A stretch of 64,000 nucleotides of DNA from assembly GCA_043228905.1 (NCBI GenBank), contig JBHGNT010000010.1, positions 6,758,001 to 6,822,000 of the forward strand, in the 5' to 3' direction. The stretch's first letter is position 1. Every line of letters begins with the position of its first letter. Below, in pieces: positions 1 through 13,355 of the stretch. The notes beneath the pieces are model-generated. The model worked only from the letters and a program-made list of their open reading frames with translations. It did not search any database and had not been told where the DNA came from. The position numbers and the translations under genes were made by a program. The DNA comes from Azolla caroliniana (lineage: Eukaryota; Plantae; Polypodiophyta).

Positions 1-1781
1 CTTATGATTCATCTCAGCTATGTATTTAAGCATGCATGAAGCGAAGCAACGGCATGACAGATGATGGACATTGCTATAGACACATCAAATCGGAGACCCC
101 GTCAAGGAATTAGGGTATAGAACTGCAATCTAAGCATCTACGAGCCCAACAAACATGAAAATTATATGATGGGCACTTCAGTAAACAGATCAGGTGTGAC
201 GATTAGGAGATTTCTGGGCCTTAACAGGAAAATTAATGCCTTAACAACTAGCGGGTGATGCTATTGAATAAACGCAATAGAAGTGAAAATCAGGTCAAAT
301 TAAGGCATTTTGAGGCCAGATCAAAGACAGTAGCAAAACACTCACCTAAAGGCTCTGACAAATTTCTGCACAGCAAGGAATGAGGCAAAAACTAGGGTAA
401 AGCATGCCCTTTATAAAAGGGCAAAGGCTATGTTTAGATCTACACAGCTCCTTGTGTGCTGTCGGACCATCAAACAGTCGAATCCTACAGAGGAGATTCC
501 TCGGAAGCACGACCACAGATCTTGACTTTGGTGCCATGGCGTTCACACCTGTCGGTGATGGGCATTATACTCAATTCAGATCTAGAAGACACAACAGCCC
601 CACCACCATGACCACCACAAGCTTTCCATTAATCCTTTGTGTCGGTCGTGATTCATAACTACCTCCCCTCCATCAATCGGTCTCTCGCCCACATCCAATC
701 CAACACCAACTTGGCAGGTAAAGTGATTGATCGTAGGGCCCACTTCCTGTTCGTTCAATTCGCATCTGCTAAGATCATTAGCTTTTTGTCTTTTAACGAA
801 TGTGGACCTCCGGAGACTTCAACTTCGCCAAATCTCGTCGCACAACACTTTCGAATCGTAGGGTAATGGCTTGTTCTGCTGTAAGGATCGAATCTGCTGA
901 GATTATTAGCTTTGTTGTCTCCCCGACAGTAACGATTTCTTCAAAAAGGATTAATGTGGATCGCCAAGTTCTTTACCTTAACCAAACCTATTGGACAACG
1001 CTTTTTAAAATAGCTGGATAATGTCATGTTTGTTGTATGGGTCAAATGCTTTTAAGTACATGAGACTAGAATTGACTCCGTTGTTCCCATACTGATAAAA
1101 GCAACCATCTCTAAAAGAAATGAACTATGGGACATATCCAAACTAGTAAACATCATATTGTGCTCATTGTTAGGATCAAACTCTCCTAAGTACATGTGAC
1201 AATACTTGGCCTCGATATGAAAATAATTTGTTATGAATACAATAGACTAGGGATAATACATATAACCAATGTAATGTGACACCAAATTAGTATGAACTTG
1301 TTCAATGTTGAGCATGATTCAATGGAAACACTACAATCGTCTGCTTCATTCAACCATATGCTTCTTTGGCTCTAACCCATCAGCTTGCTAGAGGAGTGGA
1401 CCTATATAACAACATTGATCAACAATTACCTCGTACACTAGGATCATATGTTGTCAATAAGATCATTGTTTCGTAGTCTATGGGAGATTCGCAAGCTATG
1501 GACCAAATGCTACTTAGGGGCACTACAAACCTCTCAACACAAAATATACCATAACTTATATCAATCTCCGGTTACTTAGAAATCTGAAAATAGATATTGT
1601 TGCTTTAAAACAAAGTTCATTACTAATTTAGATTCATATATGTGTTGGGTATTTTTCACATTTCCAAAAGAGATACAACTACAAGAAAACAATATTTAAT
1701 CTATGACTCTAAAGACCTATTAGGTTCTTACTAAAATAGTTATCTTAGTTTTAGCCAATTCACATTGTTCCTCCTCTAGTT

Positions 1782-1818
<37 letters not shown>

Positions 1819-1990
1819 GGGAAACTAGTTGGAGTACATGTAATCAATCAAGTGTGGTTGTGGATCAATGCATATAGTATGGTAGTTATTGTTAGGTGTG
1901 AAAAAGTGATGACCACCGTCACAAATGCAATCAATGGAAACTCAAGTGCATTGATATGTTGTTGGTTAGGTTGATTGTAAGTGTAACAAT

Positions 1991-2023
1991 TGTAAAGAGT
2001 CAGGAGTGATTCTGTGCAGCAGA

Positions 2024-2093
<70 letters not shown>

Positions 2094-3209
2094 ATACAGA
2101 AAAACCAAAAAACTGTATTAACATGAACAAGAATGCATCAACCACTAACTATCACAAGGAGAAGGAGAAGGGTGCTTATGTAGTCACCTTCTCTCTATAT
2201 TCTCTTTTTACAACCACCACTTACTAAAGAGAGGTGGAGACTTAACTATACTAAATATGTGCCATAGAACCTTAAAGTTCTATGACACACTAGTTACTAT
2301 ACTAAGAGGTGGGGTGTTCACACACTTGAGTATACTAAAGTGTGTTCCCACACTAGGGAAGTTGAGTTTGATTCTCAACACGCAACTTCAAACGCAACTT
2401 CCGGTCGCCGAATAATTGGTTCAGACTGGTCTCCGGGTTAGCTTTGAGTCATCTCCGGCTTCGGCTACGGATAGCTGGCTCACTCGGTTTGGTCTTCGAT
2501 CAATGTCGTGTCGGTCGTTTCCTTACTCCCCCTCAAGCTCGGTTGGTCGGCGGTCGAGAGATCGAGGTTCTCCTTGAACAATCATAGCTTGTCGGCTCCT
2601 AGGGCCTTAGAGAAGATGCCAGTCGTCTGCAGGTTCGTGGTAATGTGTTGCAGGTCGATATCTCTCGCAAGGACGCGCTCTCGAATAAAGTGATAATGCA
2701 GCTCAATGTGCTTAGTCCGAGCATAGAATATTGGGTTGTGGGCCAAGTGGATGTTGCTCATGTTGTTGCAATATAGAAGAATCGGATCCTTGATGGGAAC
2801 ACCCAAATCCTTCAAGATTCGCTTCAGTCAAACAGCTTCACATGCTTCCACGGTTGCGTCCCTATATTCTGCTTCTATGCTTGAGCTCCCTCGATATAAC
2901 ACCAATAGCCTTGGCCGACAAGATATTGGTGCATCTTGTACTCCCAAGATGCAAAGTTATTCTTGTTGAGTTTGTCGGTGGGAAGAGCGCTTCTCATCTG
3001 AGTGTTCATGTTGAGATGACTTGTTTGGAGCGAGTTTTTCTTCTCCTTGTTCTCTATTATGCAAGTTGTGTAGGTTGCTGCTACAGTGATCCGCCAGTTC
3101 TTCGTGAACGCGGGCTTAGGCACAACACACGTGGAGGCGATGGACTTGGATCAAGCTACCAAGCGCTATGATACCATGTAAAGAATCAAGAGTGATTCTG
3201 TGTAGCGGA

Positions 3210-3251
<42 letters not shown>

Positions 3252-3539
3252 AGAGAGAGTTATACAGAAAAACCAAAAAACTGTATTAACATGAACAAGA
3301 ATGCACCAACCACGAGGAGAATGAGAGGGGTGCTTATGTAGTCACCTTCTCTCTATATTCTCTTTTTACAACCACCACTTCCTAAAGAGAGGTGGAAACT
3401 TAACTACACTAAATATGTGTCATAGAACCTTAAAGTTCTATGTCACACTAGTTACTATACTAGGACGTGGGGTGTTCACACACTTGAGTATACTAAAGTG
3501 TGTTCCCCACACTAGGGAAGTTGAGCTTGATTCTCAAGA
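1991..3539 (-). mobile_element. Internally deleted, non-autonomous Ty1/Copia element with two LTRs
   Basis: LTRs at 1991-2380 (TGTAAAG...CTCAACA) and 3177-3539 (TGTAAAG...CTCAAGA), both with (TG)n(AG)n. Near-TSD ACAAT/ACAAC. Met-type PBS (rc TGGTATCATAGC) at 3165-3176. The 0.8-kb interior holds only the gag start (DKLNKNNFASWEYKMHQYL) joined to the RNase H end (LYCNNMS..ARTKHIELHYHFIRE). Confidence 0.85.
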
Positions 3540-4515
3540 ACAACCATAGAGTGCATCGGGATGAAGTCTATTATTGTATCTATGCTTCAATGGTTTGTTA
3601 TTAATGTAGTGTTGTTTATTTTCACTATTGCTTGCTTTGTCAAGTACCTTTGCGTGAGTCCTTTTCATAAAATCTAATTTGGTATCAATGTTTTAGAGAT
3701 CCTGAACTTGTTACAAGACCAATTTTTGAAGTTAGATCTCAAGGGAAAACCAATTAAACAAGGTTTGCAATTGCTTGGTCAATGAAGTAGATGATATCAA
3801 CAAGTAGAATTGGAAATGAGACTCTTGGCAAGGCAGGATCACGAGCACTAGCAATGTAAGAGGGGAAACTCGATGGGACAAGGTGGAATATGAGTCCAAT
3901 TATGCCAATGCTAAAATTTGGGAAATCAAATAGAGAGGCACGATTTTCCCATAGTCGGATCTTCCCTCTAGGACCATCTCAAAAAAAGGAGGAAATCCCC
4001 CATATGATTGCACCTAAAATATGTATATATCAGTAGCCCACACTACTATTGAAATGTTTGGAAGTGTCGAGCAACAAAAAAAATCATTTGGTGATTTCAA
4101 TGCTTGTTGGAGCTAGTTGGTGACCAAGGGGGGCATTTCAACTATATGAGATTAGTAAGACTATGAATAATAAAAGCCTTCCTTCACCAAAGGTGGAATT
4201 AACACAAGACCTTCCTTCACCGAAGTCGTCATTAATTTTGACAATTGAGCACATTAACACAAGAACAACTATTAGTTTCTTGTTTTTCTTTACAAGAAAT
4301 GATAGTATATTAGTATTAAGAAATGCCCTAAACTTGTACTTGAAATATGATACATAGGACCTAGGTAATTACCCCCATTTTTTTTATCAAGGTTAAGTTC
4401 TAACTAACAACTTAAATAAATACTTCAATGACTCCACCTTGTCAAAAATCTGCCTATAAAATATTCCTTTGTCCTATATGGCATGAAACTACAGTTGTTG
4501 TAACGATTAAACTCT

Positions 4516-4665
4516 TGTTTAAGTCAATGTTCTTTTGATTAGAATGTAATCACTATGTTTCTAATAAAAACAAAGGAAAACATGTTTACATGTTTGAGTC
4601 AATGTTCTTTTGATTAGAATGTAATCACTATGTTTCTAATAAAAACAAAGGAAAACATGTTTACA
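4516..4665. repeat. 75-bp tandem duplication (2 copies)
   Basis: 4516-4590 and 4591-4665 are near identical (TGTTT.AGTCAATGTTCTTTTGATTAG...CATGTTTACA). Confidence 0.85.
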
Positions 4666-7280
4666 ATCGTTTAGCATTCTAAGAAAGGAAATTCACCCTT
4701 AGCATTCTAAGAGAATCACAACAAGGTCAGTATAGTAATAGGAAGGAAATTCACCCTTATCATTCTAAGAGAATCACAAGAAGGTGCAAATTTAGCTCTT
4801 AAGCTCTATAATTAGCAAAGCCGGTCCGTAAATAACTTTACATGAATGCCTTAAGCAATATCTAAGCTAGAAACAAAAACCCTATCATTAATCCATTAAG
4901 GTAGACATATAAGAAAGTCATTAAGCAGGTAAGAAGGGAAACAAACCTATATACAATTAAGGCAAACACCCTAAAACTCCAAGAAGAAGAGGATCCCCCA
5001 AAAAACCATATAATACCGAAAAATACAAATCCTCCCTTATGCCCTCTTTTTACTATTTTTTTCCCATTGTGATTGGATTTGGCAATGTTGTCATGTGGTG
5101 TGTATGAAGTTAAAAAAGAGCGACCAAAAAGTTAACTTTTGTGAGAACTCAAGAATCTAGAGAAAGCGATCACTAGATGAAAAAGGAAGGCAAGCAAAAA
5201 AGATTACAATGAACGATAGTTCAAACATTAAAAGTTAACCACTACTAATGAAAAGATCAGAGATTTAAGAAGAAGTAAAGATGACTAGAAGAGAAAAAGT
5301 GAAGCTACAAACAAGCAAACACAACATGGGAGCATGTGGTACAGATGGATGATTGCATGGCATGCACTTTTGGTCGAACCAAGCACCCATGCAAAAAGAA
5401 AAGCAAAGATGCACACAAAACGGAGAAATGGGGATAATCCACTTTTAGCTAGCACGAGAGCTTATGTGAGGGCTATTAAATGAGAGAGTGAGCTCATTGT
5501 TGGAGTTCCCATTATTTTGAAATTGGACAAGAAAGTGAATGTAGAGGGCATATGGAGGATTACGATGACTAGGGCGCTAAGGTTGTAGATTCCCACATCA
5601 AGGACCCTATCTCTTTCTTTCTTGTTCTTCCTCCCCATTTACTCCGGATCACCCATTGTATTACCTGGCTAAAATATGACCTACTTCTAATTATGGATTT
5701 ATGACACTTTGTTCCTAATTTGGTCAATTATCCCACTTGCCAATTTGTGTTTATATTGGAACTTGTGAATGATTCAATGTGAATTTGAGTGGTGATCTTT
5801 CGTGTTACATGATTTTTAATTGCATAAAAAAGTTGAATGTTAATGTACATCTTGGATCCAAACTCTTGTTGAAACTCAACTACGAGGTTTCCAAACTCTT
5901 ATAAAGGGCAAAGGGGGGAAAAAACTAATTGTGAAACCTTTGTGAAAGGGAAATGACAAAGGAAGTGATTGAGACATGTGAATGAAGTCTATCCTATTTG
6001 AGGTTGTATGGAGGAAGAAGTGTCAAAGAAAACACATGGAGCGCAATTATTTGATAGGATTGGACAACTAACTCATAGGCCTCATTCACTCTACTTGGTT
6101 GAGTTGGAGTGAAAAAACTACTCATTCACAGAATTCATTGTCACTTGTTCAAACTAGCCAAACTCGTTGCTCATTTGAGCAGTTCAAGCTCACTATTTGA
6201 ATGAGCTAAGTAATATTCAAACAAGATGTTCAATCAACTTTTCTATTTGAGCGACAGAGAAGGAACTCAATTCAAAATGTTTCTAATTTGAGCATAACTA
6301 GTCAAAACATATCCGCCACTGCTTGAATGAACAACTTGCATGCTAAACAAAAAAGGCATAGTTGCATGCTCCATATCACTTCTAGCTTGATTTGAGAAAC
6401 TATTGAGAAAAGGTGCATTGGCCCATAGCTTCTCCATCTTCAGTCGTTGCATCAACTGAAAAAGTATCTGGAATGTAGGATGATATGCACACTTTGAAGA
6501 CAAAAGTACGATAACTTTTCCCAAAAGATTTTGTCAATGAATAAATATATAACTTGCGCGTTGAATCTCCAAAATATTCTACAATTGTTGTGGCTAGGCT
6601 GAGCCAACTCTTGTAAGATCTCTTCAACAAGCTAGGGTAGTCAAGTTGTGTGCCTTTTCTTATAGAAAATAAGGTAGAAATGAACCTCATCTAATTTAAA
6701 TGTAGCGAAAAGATTATGGTTTTCCTCCTATATTAAACAAGCAAAAGATAACCACATTTAAAGGCTACAAATATTTGATGACAATATATACTCCACAAAA
6801 TCCGTTTGTAAGTACCTCTTAACATATAATTAAATGTTTTAAGTGTTTTAGAACATTTTGTATCCGTGTTTTAAGTCATTTCTTAAATTTTGCGATTCTA
6901 AATGTATTCTCAATCCATCCAAGGATAGACCTAAAGTGGATGAAACAATAATGATCAATCATCATCAAAAAATGATGACGATTAATTAATTGACATATGC
7001 ATTGTATTTTATGTACAATTCACTAGAACGTAATTAATTAAAAGTGGTTTTACTTACGCAACATAATTTTGTTTAATTATCAATTGATCAAGAGAGCCTC
7101 TAAAGAGATCTACTATCATAGAGGGAGAGAGACAAAGAGAGAACAATCGTCGTAGATCGAGTGAGAGTCAAAAATAGCACAAGAATCATAAACCAAATGA
7201 GAGTGAGAGAATCGAAGACCAAGAGAGCATCGCAAGCAACAAAATTGGGGGGAAAGAGCAAGAGAGTTTAGGGGGGGGCC

Positions 7281-7312
<32 letters not shown>

Positions 7313-8686
7313 GACATTTTATAAGTGATGTTAAACACAACGTTTGGTGGAATATAGAAACGTCATATTTAATGGCTAGCATAGTGATAGGTTTCCATGA
7401 TGTTATGCCCTTTGTTTTGTAGTAGTGAATAATTAAAGAGTGAGTGGATATTGTAAAGTATCAACTCTAATCATTACAAGGTATCTCCCATACATTTGAT
7501 GCAACCTACATGTTTGTGATACATCATGTGTGTTCACAAACAAGGTGTGTGGTTAAGCTTGACATCTCAACACTCCTAGCATTTGTGGAACCTTTGGAGT
7601 AAGGTCTACAAGAATGTGTATGAGCAAGAGCCATGGATGCCCATACTAGGAGAATTGTTGGAAGGAACTAGGGAAAAAGGAAGGACCTCTACCATAGATA
7701 TGAAACATAGGGTCGACTATTGTTATTAAAGGTATTGGAGCACTATAGTAAAGTATAATACTTAGACTTGCAAATTCATTCAAGGTAAAACATGAATATT
7801 TGATTACTCGCAAATCATGTAAGGGTTAGTGTCTGAGAGAAGAAACCTTGTTGTTTTGTTGGGTGTAATATATGTAATATAATGTTTGAAGCAATATAAT
7901 TATTGTCACGTTGATCAATACTCAAGCTAAGTGTAGAGAAACAATAGATGCCATGTGTGTACCCACTTGGATGAGCCAAAATTCGAAGGATATTTGCATA
8001 GAAGTGATGGGAATTCTAAATTCATTATATGGCCATGTATAGATCTCTACCAAAATTCGCAATGGGAAAACATCATATCAACTCAATACAATGGTCTCAA
8101 AGTTCTTCAAACATGAACCCAACATCGAACACCCCTTGTTTTTTATAGCACTACATTTTATAGAGTTCTATATTGTTCCACTCTCCCCATGTATCATTAA
8201 ACAACTAGAAGGTTGTTGCTTGCCATCTCAGATTAGGTGCATGGTTGATACTTGTTGATTCACAAACGTTCATGGATTCACGTGATATAATCCATCTATC
8301 TATATCACATGTGTCCTCTTTGCATAGAAGTACATGAATCATGCAACCATCACAATTTATCTATCCAAGCCTAAAAGAACATTTTTACACATGGCTCCAT
8401 CATTGTATTTAAAGATTGTGTAAAAAATGTCTTCTTCTTATGTATATTGTCCGAGGGAGACATGATAGAACTATGTACATAATTCATGGTGGTAAGCCCA
8501 AAATAAGGCATGACCATCAACAAACATATGGACGTGAGTTCGACTAGCTCGGTAGTAACGACATGCACTTGCTTGTTAGGAAACACCAAAATTGGATAAC
8601 AACAAAAATAAATAAATAAATAATGCAAGCAAGAATCATGGTGTTCACCAATATGTATATCTATATGGCTACATCTAGCATTGGCC

Positions 8687-9628
8687 TTATTTATTGGTGC
8701 AGAAATGATGTGCCACGTGTTGAGAACGACCATGGATTTGGAAATGCCATAGCTTGCCCACACCTTCTACAAGGTTGTTCTTGCATAGGAACTCTTCACT
8801 AAATATCTTCTCCACATGACGGTCCACATCATGGAGAAGTATGTCTGTGTAGCTAGGAGCACCATGGGGATGTTCATAATTCATAGCCATAACGGCCGCG
8901 CTAAAGATGGCACTCATCCGTCCAGGCGCCTCGGCAAAGTATCCCCTAGGGGCATCGATCATTATCACATCCCACCTCGTCTCGTAGATCTCCTCCGGGA
9001 GACCTTTCATTGCTAGAGGCTCGCACCGTGATTCCCTCAAATCCGCGCACGCCCCGGGCGAGCAAACCCCGTCCCTCTCTTCCCTTGCATACCCGAGTAG
9101 CTCCTCGGCTTGAGAAAGCCTCGTCGGGTAGCTTGTCGCAACGGACCGCAAGCTAGGGTGCAATCCCTTCATCTCTTCTATCCAGCTCGGGTCCTCCTCT
9201 AGGAACACCGTGTTCCCCCCAAGGTTGAGGGTGTCCCACATCAAGCTATCGTGGCCTAGGCCGAACACGAGGAGATTGCAAGGACCCCTCTTGTTTAAAA
9301 TGTGTGCGGTCACCATGATCTCTTCCTTGGTTTGTTGCGGTGTTATGTTTGTGGTCGCGTAATGGATGAGCGCGAGGGGTACATGCATGTCGGGGAATGC
9401 CGCATGAGCATGTCTGTCGTAAATATTGCTCATCCTCGAGGAGATCCCTTGTACATCATGCACTTGGATGCCGTAGAGGAAGGCCAAAACTAGCACCACA
9501 ATGAGCAATGGCCATAACTTTAAGATGTGTTCAAGACGAGTGTGACACTTACCAATACCAATGCTAAAATGAGAGAATGTGGCCATAGCCGACGCTTTTT
9601 GCTTAGGGTTAGTGTATTGTTTGATCAT
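8687..9628 (-). CDS. DUF579 (GXM/AGM/IRX15 family) cell-wall polysaccharide O-methyltransferase, type II membrane protein
   Basis: Intronless 313-aa ORF with an N-terminal TM helix (LWPLLIVVLVLAFLYGI). Family motifs: HYATTNITPQQ, PCNLLVFGLGHDSLMW, TVFLEED, WDVIMIDAPRGYFAEAPGRMSAIFSAAVMA, HDVDR..EK.FSEEFLC, GKLWHF. Confidence 0.92.
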   Translation of the reverse strand: MIKQYTNPKQKASAMATFSHFSIGIGKCHTRLEHILKLWPLLIVVLVLAFLYGIQVHDVQGISSRMSNIYDRHAHAAFPDMHVPLALIHYATTNITPQQTKEEIMVTAHILNKRGPCNLLVFGLGHDSLMWDTLNLGGNTVFLEEDPSWIEEMKGLHPSLRSVATSYPTRLSQAEELLGYAREERDGVCSPGACADLRESRCEPLAMKGLPEEIYETRWDVIMIDAPRGYFAEAPGRMSAIFSAAVMAMNYEHPHGAPSYTDILLHDVDRHVEKIFSEEFLCKNNLVEGVGKLWHFQIHGRSQHVAHHFCTNK

Positions 9629-12600
9629 GTAATATTGTGGATGTGTCTATGTATTAGGTTGATACTTTGGTTTTCTCTTGGGAAACGCACACGTTAATCT
9701 ACACATAAATATATGGGTGGTTAGGATTGTACTTTTTATGGTGGGAGGAGGTATGATGCCTCCCATATATAAGTTGCCCCACTCTATAGTAGATTGCAAA
9801 ATAGAGCTTCTAGGTATGATTACCCACCCTTTAAAAAATAAGATTGTAAACCAGAAACAACCCACCAACTAATGATTAAAGTGGTCAATCTAACCTTACG
9901 CTTCCGTTTCACAAACCATCACCAATCCTTGACGATTTGAGTAATCGACAGTGATATTACATCCAAAAGCATAAACACAATTATGTAATTGCCTTTGCCC
10001 GTATATATTGTATATGGCAGTTTATACCAAGGTCTACTTTTGCAAGGTCACAATTATTCTGGAAAATTTGTTAAACCTAAGGAATAATTTTGTGGATTTT
10101 GAGAAAAATGAGACTAAGTTCGACATTGCAAAAAGAGATTGTGCTCTAGACAACCCCACTTATTCTATGCAACAACTTATTACTTAAAACTTACACATAT
10201 GCAAGCTTATGTTTCCAAAAAAATAAGTTCAACATGAACAGTAAAGCTTCTTCTTTTTTGACACCTTACTATTAGTTCAAATGTCACGAGATTGTTTGAC
10301 GTTAGGTTCTTTATGATGTGTTTTGTAGATAATGGATGCTAACAAATTGCACCAAGGTAGAAAACAATATTATTGCCAAGAGTAACTTTTTCATATTAAA
10401 AAATGAAATAATCTTAGAAGAAGTTTTAGGCTTCGAAAATGCGTTGATTTTTCTAAAATCTACTACATCATGTAAGGTATGTAGTATATATCACCACACC
10501 CACTAATTTCATGATGTTGTCTTAACTTAAAAGGTAGAAATTATCGGGTGAATCTAGAAAGTTGTTAGTGGGCTCAAGGAATACCGACCAAATTAAGATT
10601 TCTAGCTTTAAGATTCAAAAGTTTGCCTAACATTTGAATAAGGGGTAGACGAATTAAACAATTTCTTAATATGATATGGTTATGAGTCATGACATATTTT
10701 GTGAACATTTATGATGCCATGTTGTGTTTGATTATTCCTAAAGCGTAATAATTTAAATGAGCTGGATATATAGGCCACGTCCATGATTTCAAGCATAAAG
10801 CATGCTCTTGTAAAAATAGATATAACTTGTAATCATCCTCACTATGAAAGCATTATGGTTTTATTAAGAGAAATATCACAAAAGAGTCTTGCCGCTATAA
10901 AAGGACAATCCCCTCTCTTTAGCATGATAGTCTTTTGACTTTTGATGTTTATGACCCATAAATTTTTATTTCAAACATATATTTGTGTTGGGAAGTTGTT
11001 CTTGTTGTAGCGTAAATTGGATCTGAATTCAAGAAAGAGTTTGTTTGACTTGTAAAGGAAACACCTTTTCGTCTTTTATAGAGCATGTGTGCTCTAGAAA
11101 TAATCCATTGGTTTCTAACATGTAATTAGTCTAGTACAAATCCGAATACTACAATAATTGAAGAACTTACTACTAGCCAATAAGAGAATCAAAACATTGG
11201 GATGACATAGACAAATTAAAATTATTGTACTTGTATAAGTTTAATATAAAAAGTGAAAAGGATGTATACTAAAAGAAACAACACCTATGTCATTATGCAA
11301 CACCTCCTATATGTAGTTAAAAGAGGCTATTATGCAACACCTATATGTAGTTAAAAGAAACAATTTACACTAAAAGCAAGTATGAATTCTAAATTGAAGT
11401 ATAAACAATCAATCATTACCTAATAAACTCCTATTACATTGTTCATTGCGTAGGAACTATATAGCGATACTAGTAACATTGTCCCTGACACTTTATCTAC
11501 AATAATGAGAGTGCCACCCGATAACAAGACTCATGTCACCCCTTTAAAATAAATTGCAATAAATTGCAAATGTAATTTTATTTAATTGTCATTTAGCCTT
11601 CTTATTTGAATCTCGTTCAACAATGCAAAGCATTTAGTACGGTATTGCAAATGATTAATATTATTGTACTTATCCAAATTTAAGTGACAACGTAATTGGA
11701 GATTTTGTGGTTTTCTAGAAAGAGTTGGAGGAAATGGTGAAGCATGATCTGACAATGTCAAGGAAATGTTCAAACAAGCTACACGATATTGTTGTTTCCT
11801 CAATATTGGGTGGTTATCAAATCATGCCAATTGAAATTTGAAACTATTGGGATACTTGGTTGTGTAAACTAGATATATGTACATATTTCATTTGTTTTTT
11901 ATTTTAATTGAAGTTTGCTTTTAAGAGAGAGAAAACAAGAATTTGGTGTTGTCCTCTAGTCCCAATGTGACAAAGGACATACTAAACAGGAGAAAAAAGT
12001 CATGCCAGTCATAATACATATTATATCTTAGCTTTAATGACCGCATATGAGGGAAGTGACATATCATACATTGAATTTGGCCTATATAGTTAGTTATATT
12101 AAGGTCGAGACTCGAGTGCATCTCAAAGTGATATTGTAATGAGATTTTCAAGGCAAAGCACCGTAAAAAATTGTATTCCACAAAAGTTCAAAACCCCTAC
12201 ACTTGAAGGAATGTTTTATGATGACCATTCTGTGACAGCAACAAGCACTTGTCTCCAACATCTACATTGATCCCAAACCATGAAGATCTTATCTTTAAAA
12301 TGTCCCTAAAGGTTGAAAAAGTTGTGTACATTATGTTACTGGAAGTTCCATAGTGTATGATTTCAATCTTTAGTATAAACTTTGTAGCAAAATACTTGTT
12401 TGAATTGAAACACATCTTTGCAATAGTTTTTTAACAACCATTTACACAATAATATACAAAATCAAATATTGAACAAAGGTATATTAACGCCATATGCGCG
12501 CAACTTATGTCGTATGTTCATTATTTCAATGATTTAGAATGTTTTCCTTCACCCACTTATTATCTCCCTCGAACATAGACACATTAGCAATTGTTAGAAG

Positions 12601-12923
12601 ACAAAATATTATTGCTATTGTGTGCTAGTGCAGTATGATGCGCGAAACCTCATTTTAGCAAATGTATTGATGAGTTACGAAATGTGCATTAACGACATAA
12701 AGTAGGGGCGATAGAAACTAGCAAAAAACAAGCTAATGATGACATTCTTCATGTTAGTGTCATTTACCTACAACTTCTAAGTCACTAATCCGAGAGATAC
12801 CAATGAAGCGGGGGTGATCTAGACACACGAGGGGGATTTGACAAGGCTGTGGCTCTATCAATGGTGACGAGTGCGGACTGATGTGTCAGATGGTGCATGA
12901 GCCTCTCTGGTGTGGCTTGTCGG

Positions 12924-13165
12924 TATGGGACTCGAGGCCCGTCGTGTTACAATAGGCATATGAGACAACATTGAAGATGACATGGCAGACGAGGGACTCG
13001 AGGTAGGGAGACGTGCAGTATCATAGAAGACAGATTGTGATAGCCCTTGACCTCAATATGGGACTCGAGATCGATCGTGTTACAATAGGCATATATGAGA
13101 CAACACTGAAGATGACCTTGCAGACGAGGGACTCGAGCTAGAGGCATACACTATCATAGAAAGAC
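12924..13165. repeat. Diverged ~133-bp tandem duplication upstream of the PPR gene
   Basis: TATGGGACTCGAG...CGTGTTACAATAGGCATAT...GCAGACGAGGGACTCGAG starts at 12924 and again at 13057. Confidence 0.7.
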
Positions 13166-13355
13166 AAACTCTTTGATAACACCAGTACCTCATGTATGTG
13201 CACAATCTTCTCACTCTTCGGAATTCGTTGAAAGTTGGAGGGTATTTTTTGTAATTTGTAATTTCTTTTTTATTTCCTGTGATGCCCCTAGCTTAAACTC
13301 AGCATGTGATGATGAAGAAGAGGAAGATCAGTGGTAAGCTCAGAGGACTGAATCC

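Noticed and set aside
1-1780. Short ORFs at the window start
   Set aside because: No recognisable domain on either strand; probably decayed repeat sequence.
3545-4140. PBS-like TGGTATCAA near 3680 followed by gag-like decayed sequence
   Set aside because: Too degenerate to define an element or its boundaries.
6267-6690. Two overlapping minus-strand ORFs (85 and 96 aa)
   Set aside because: No motif or splice support.
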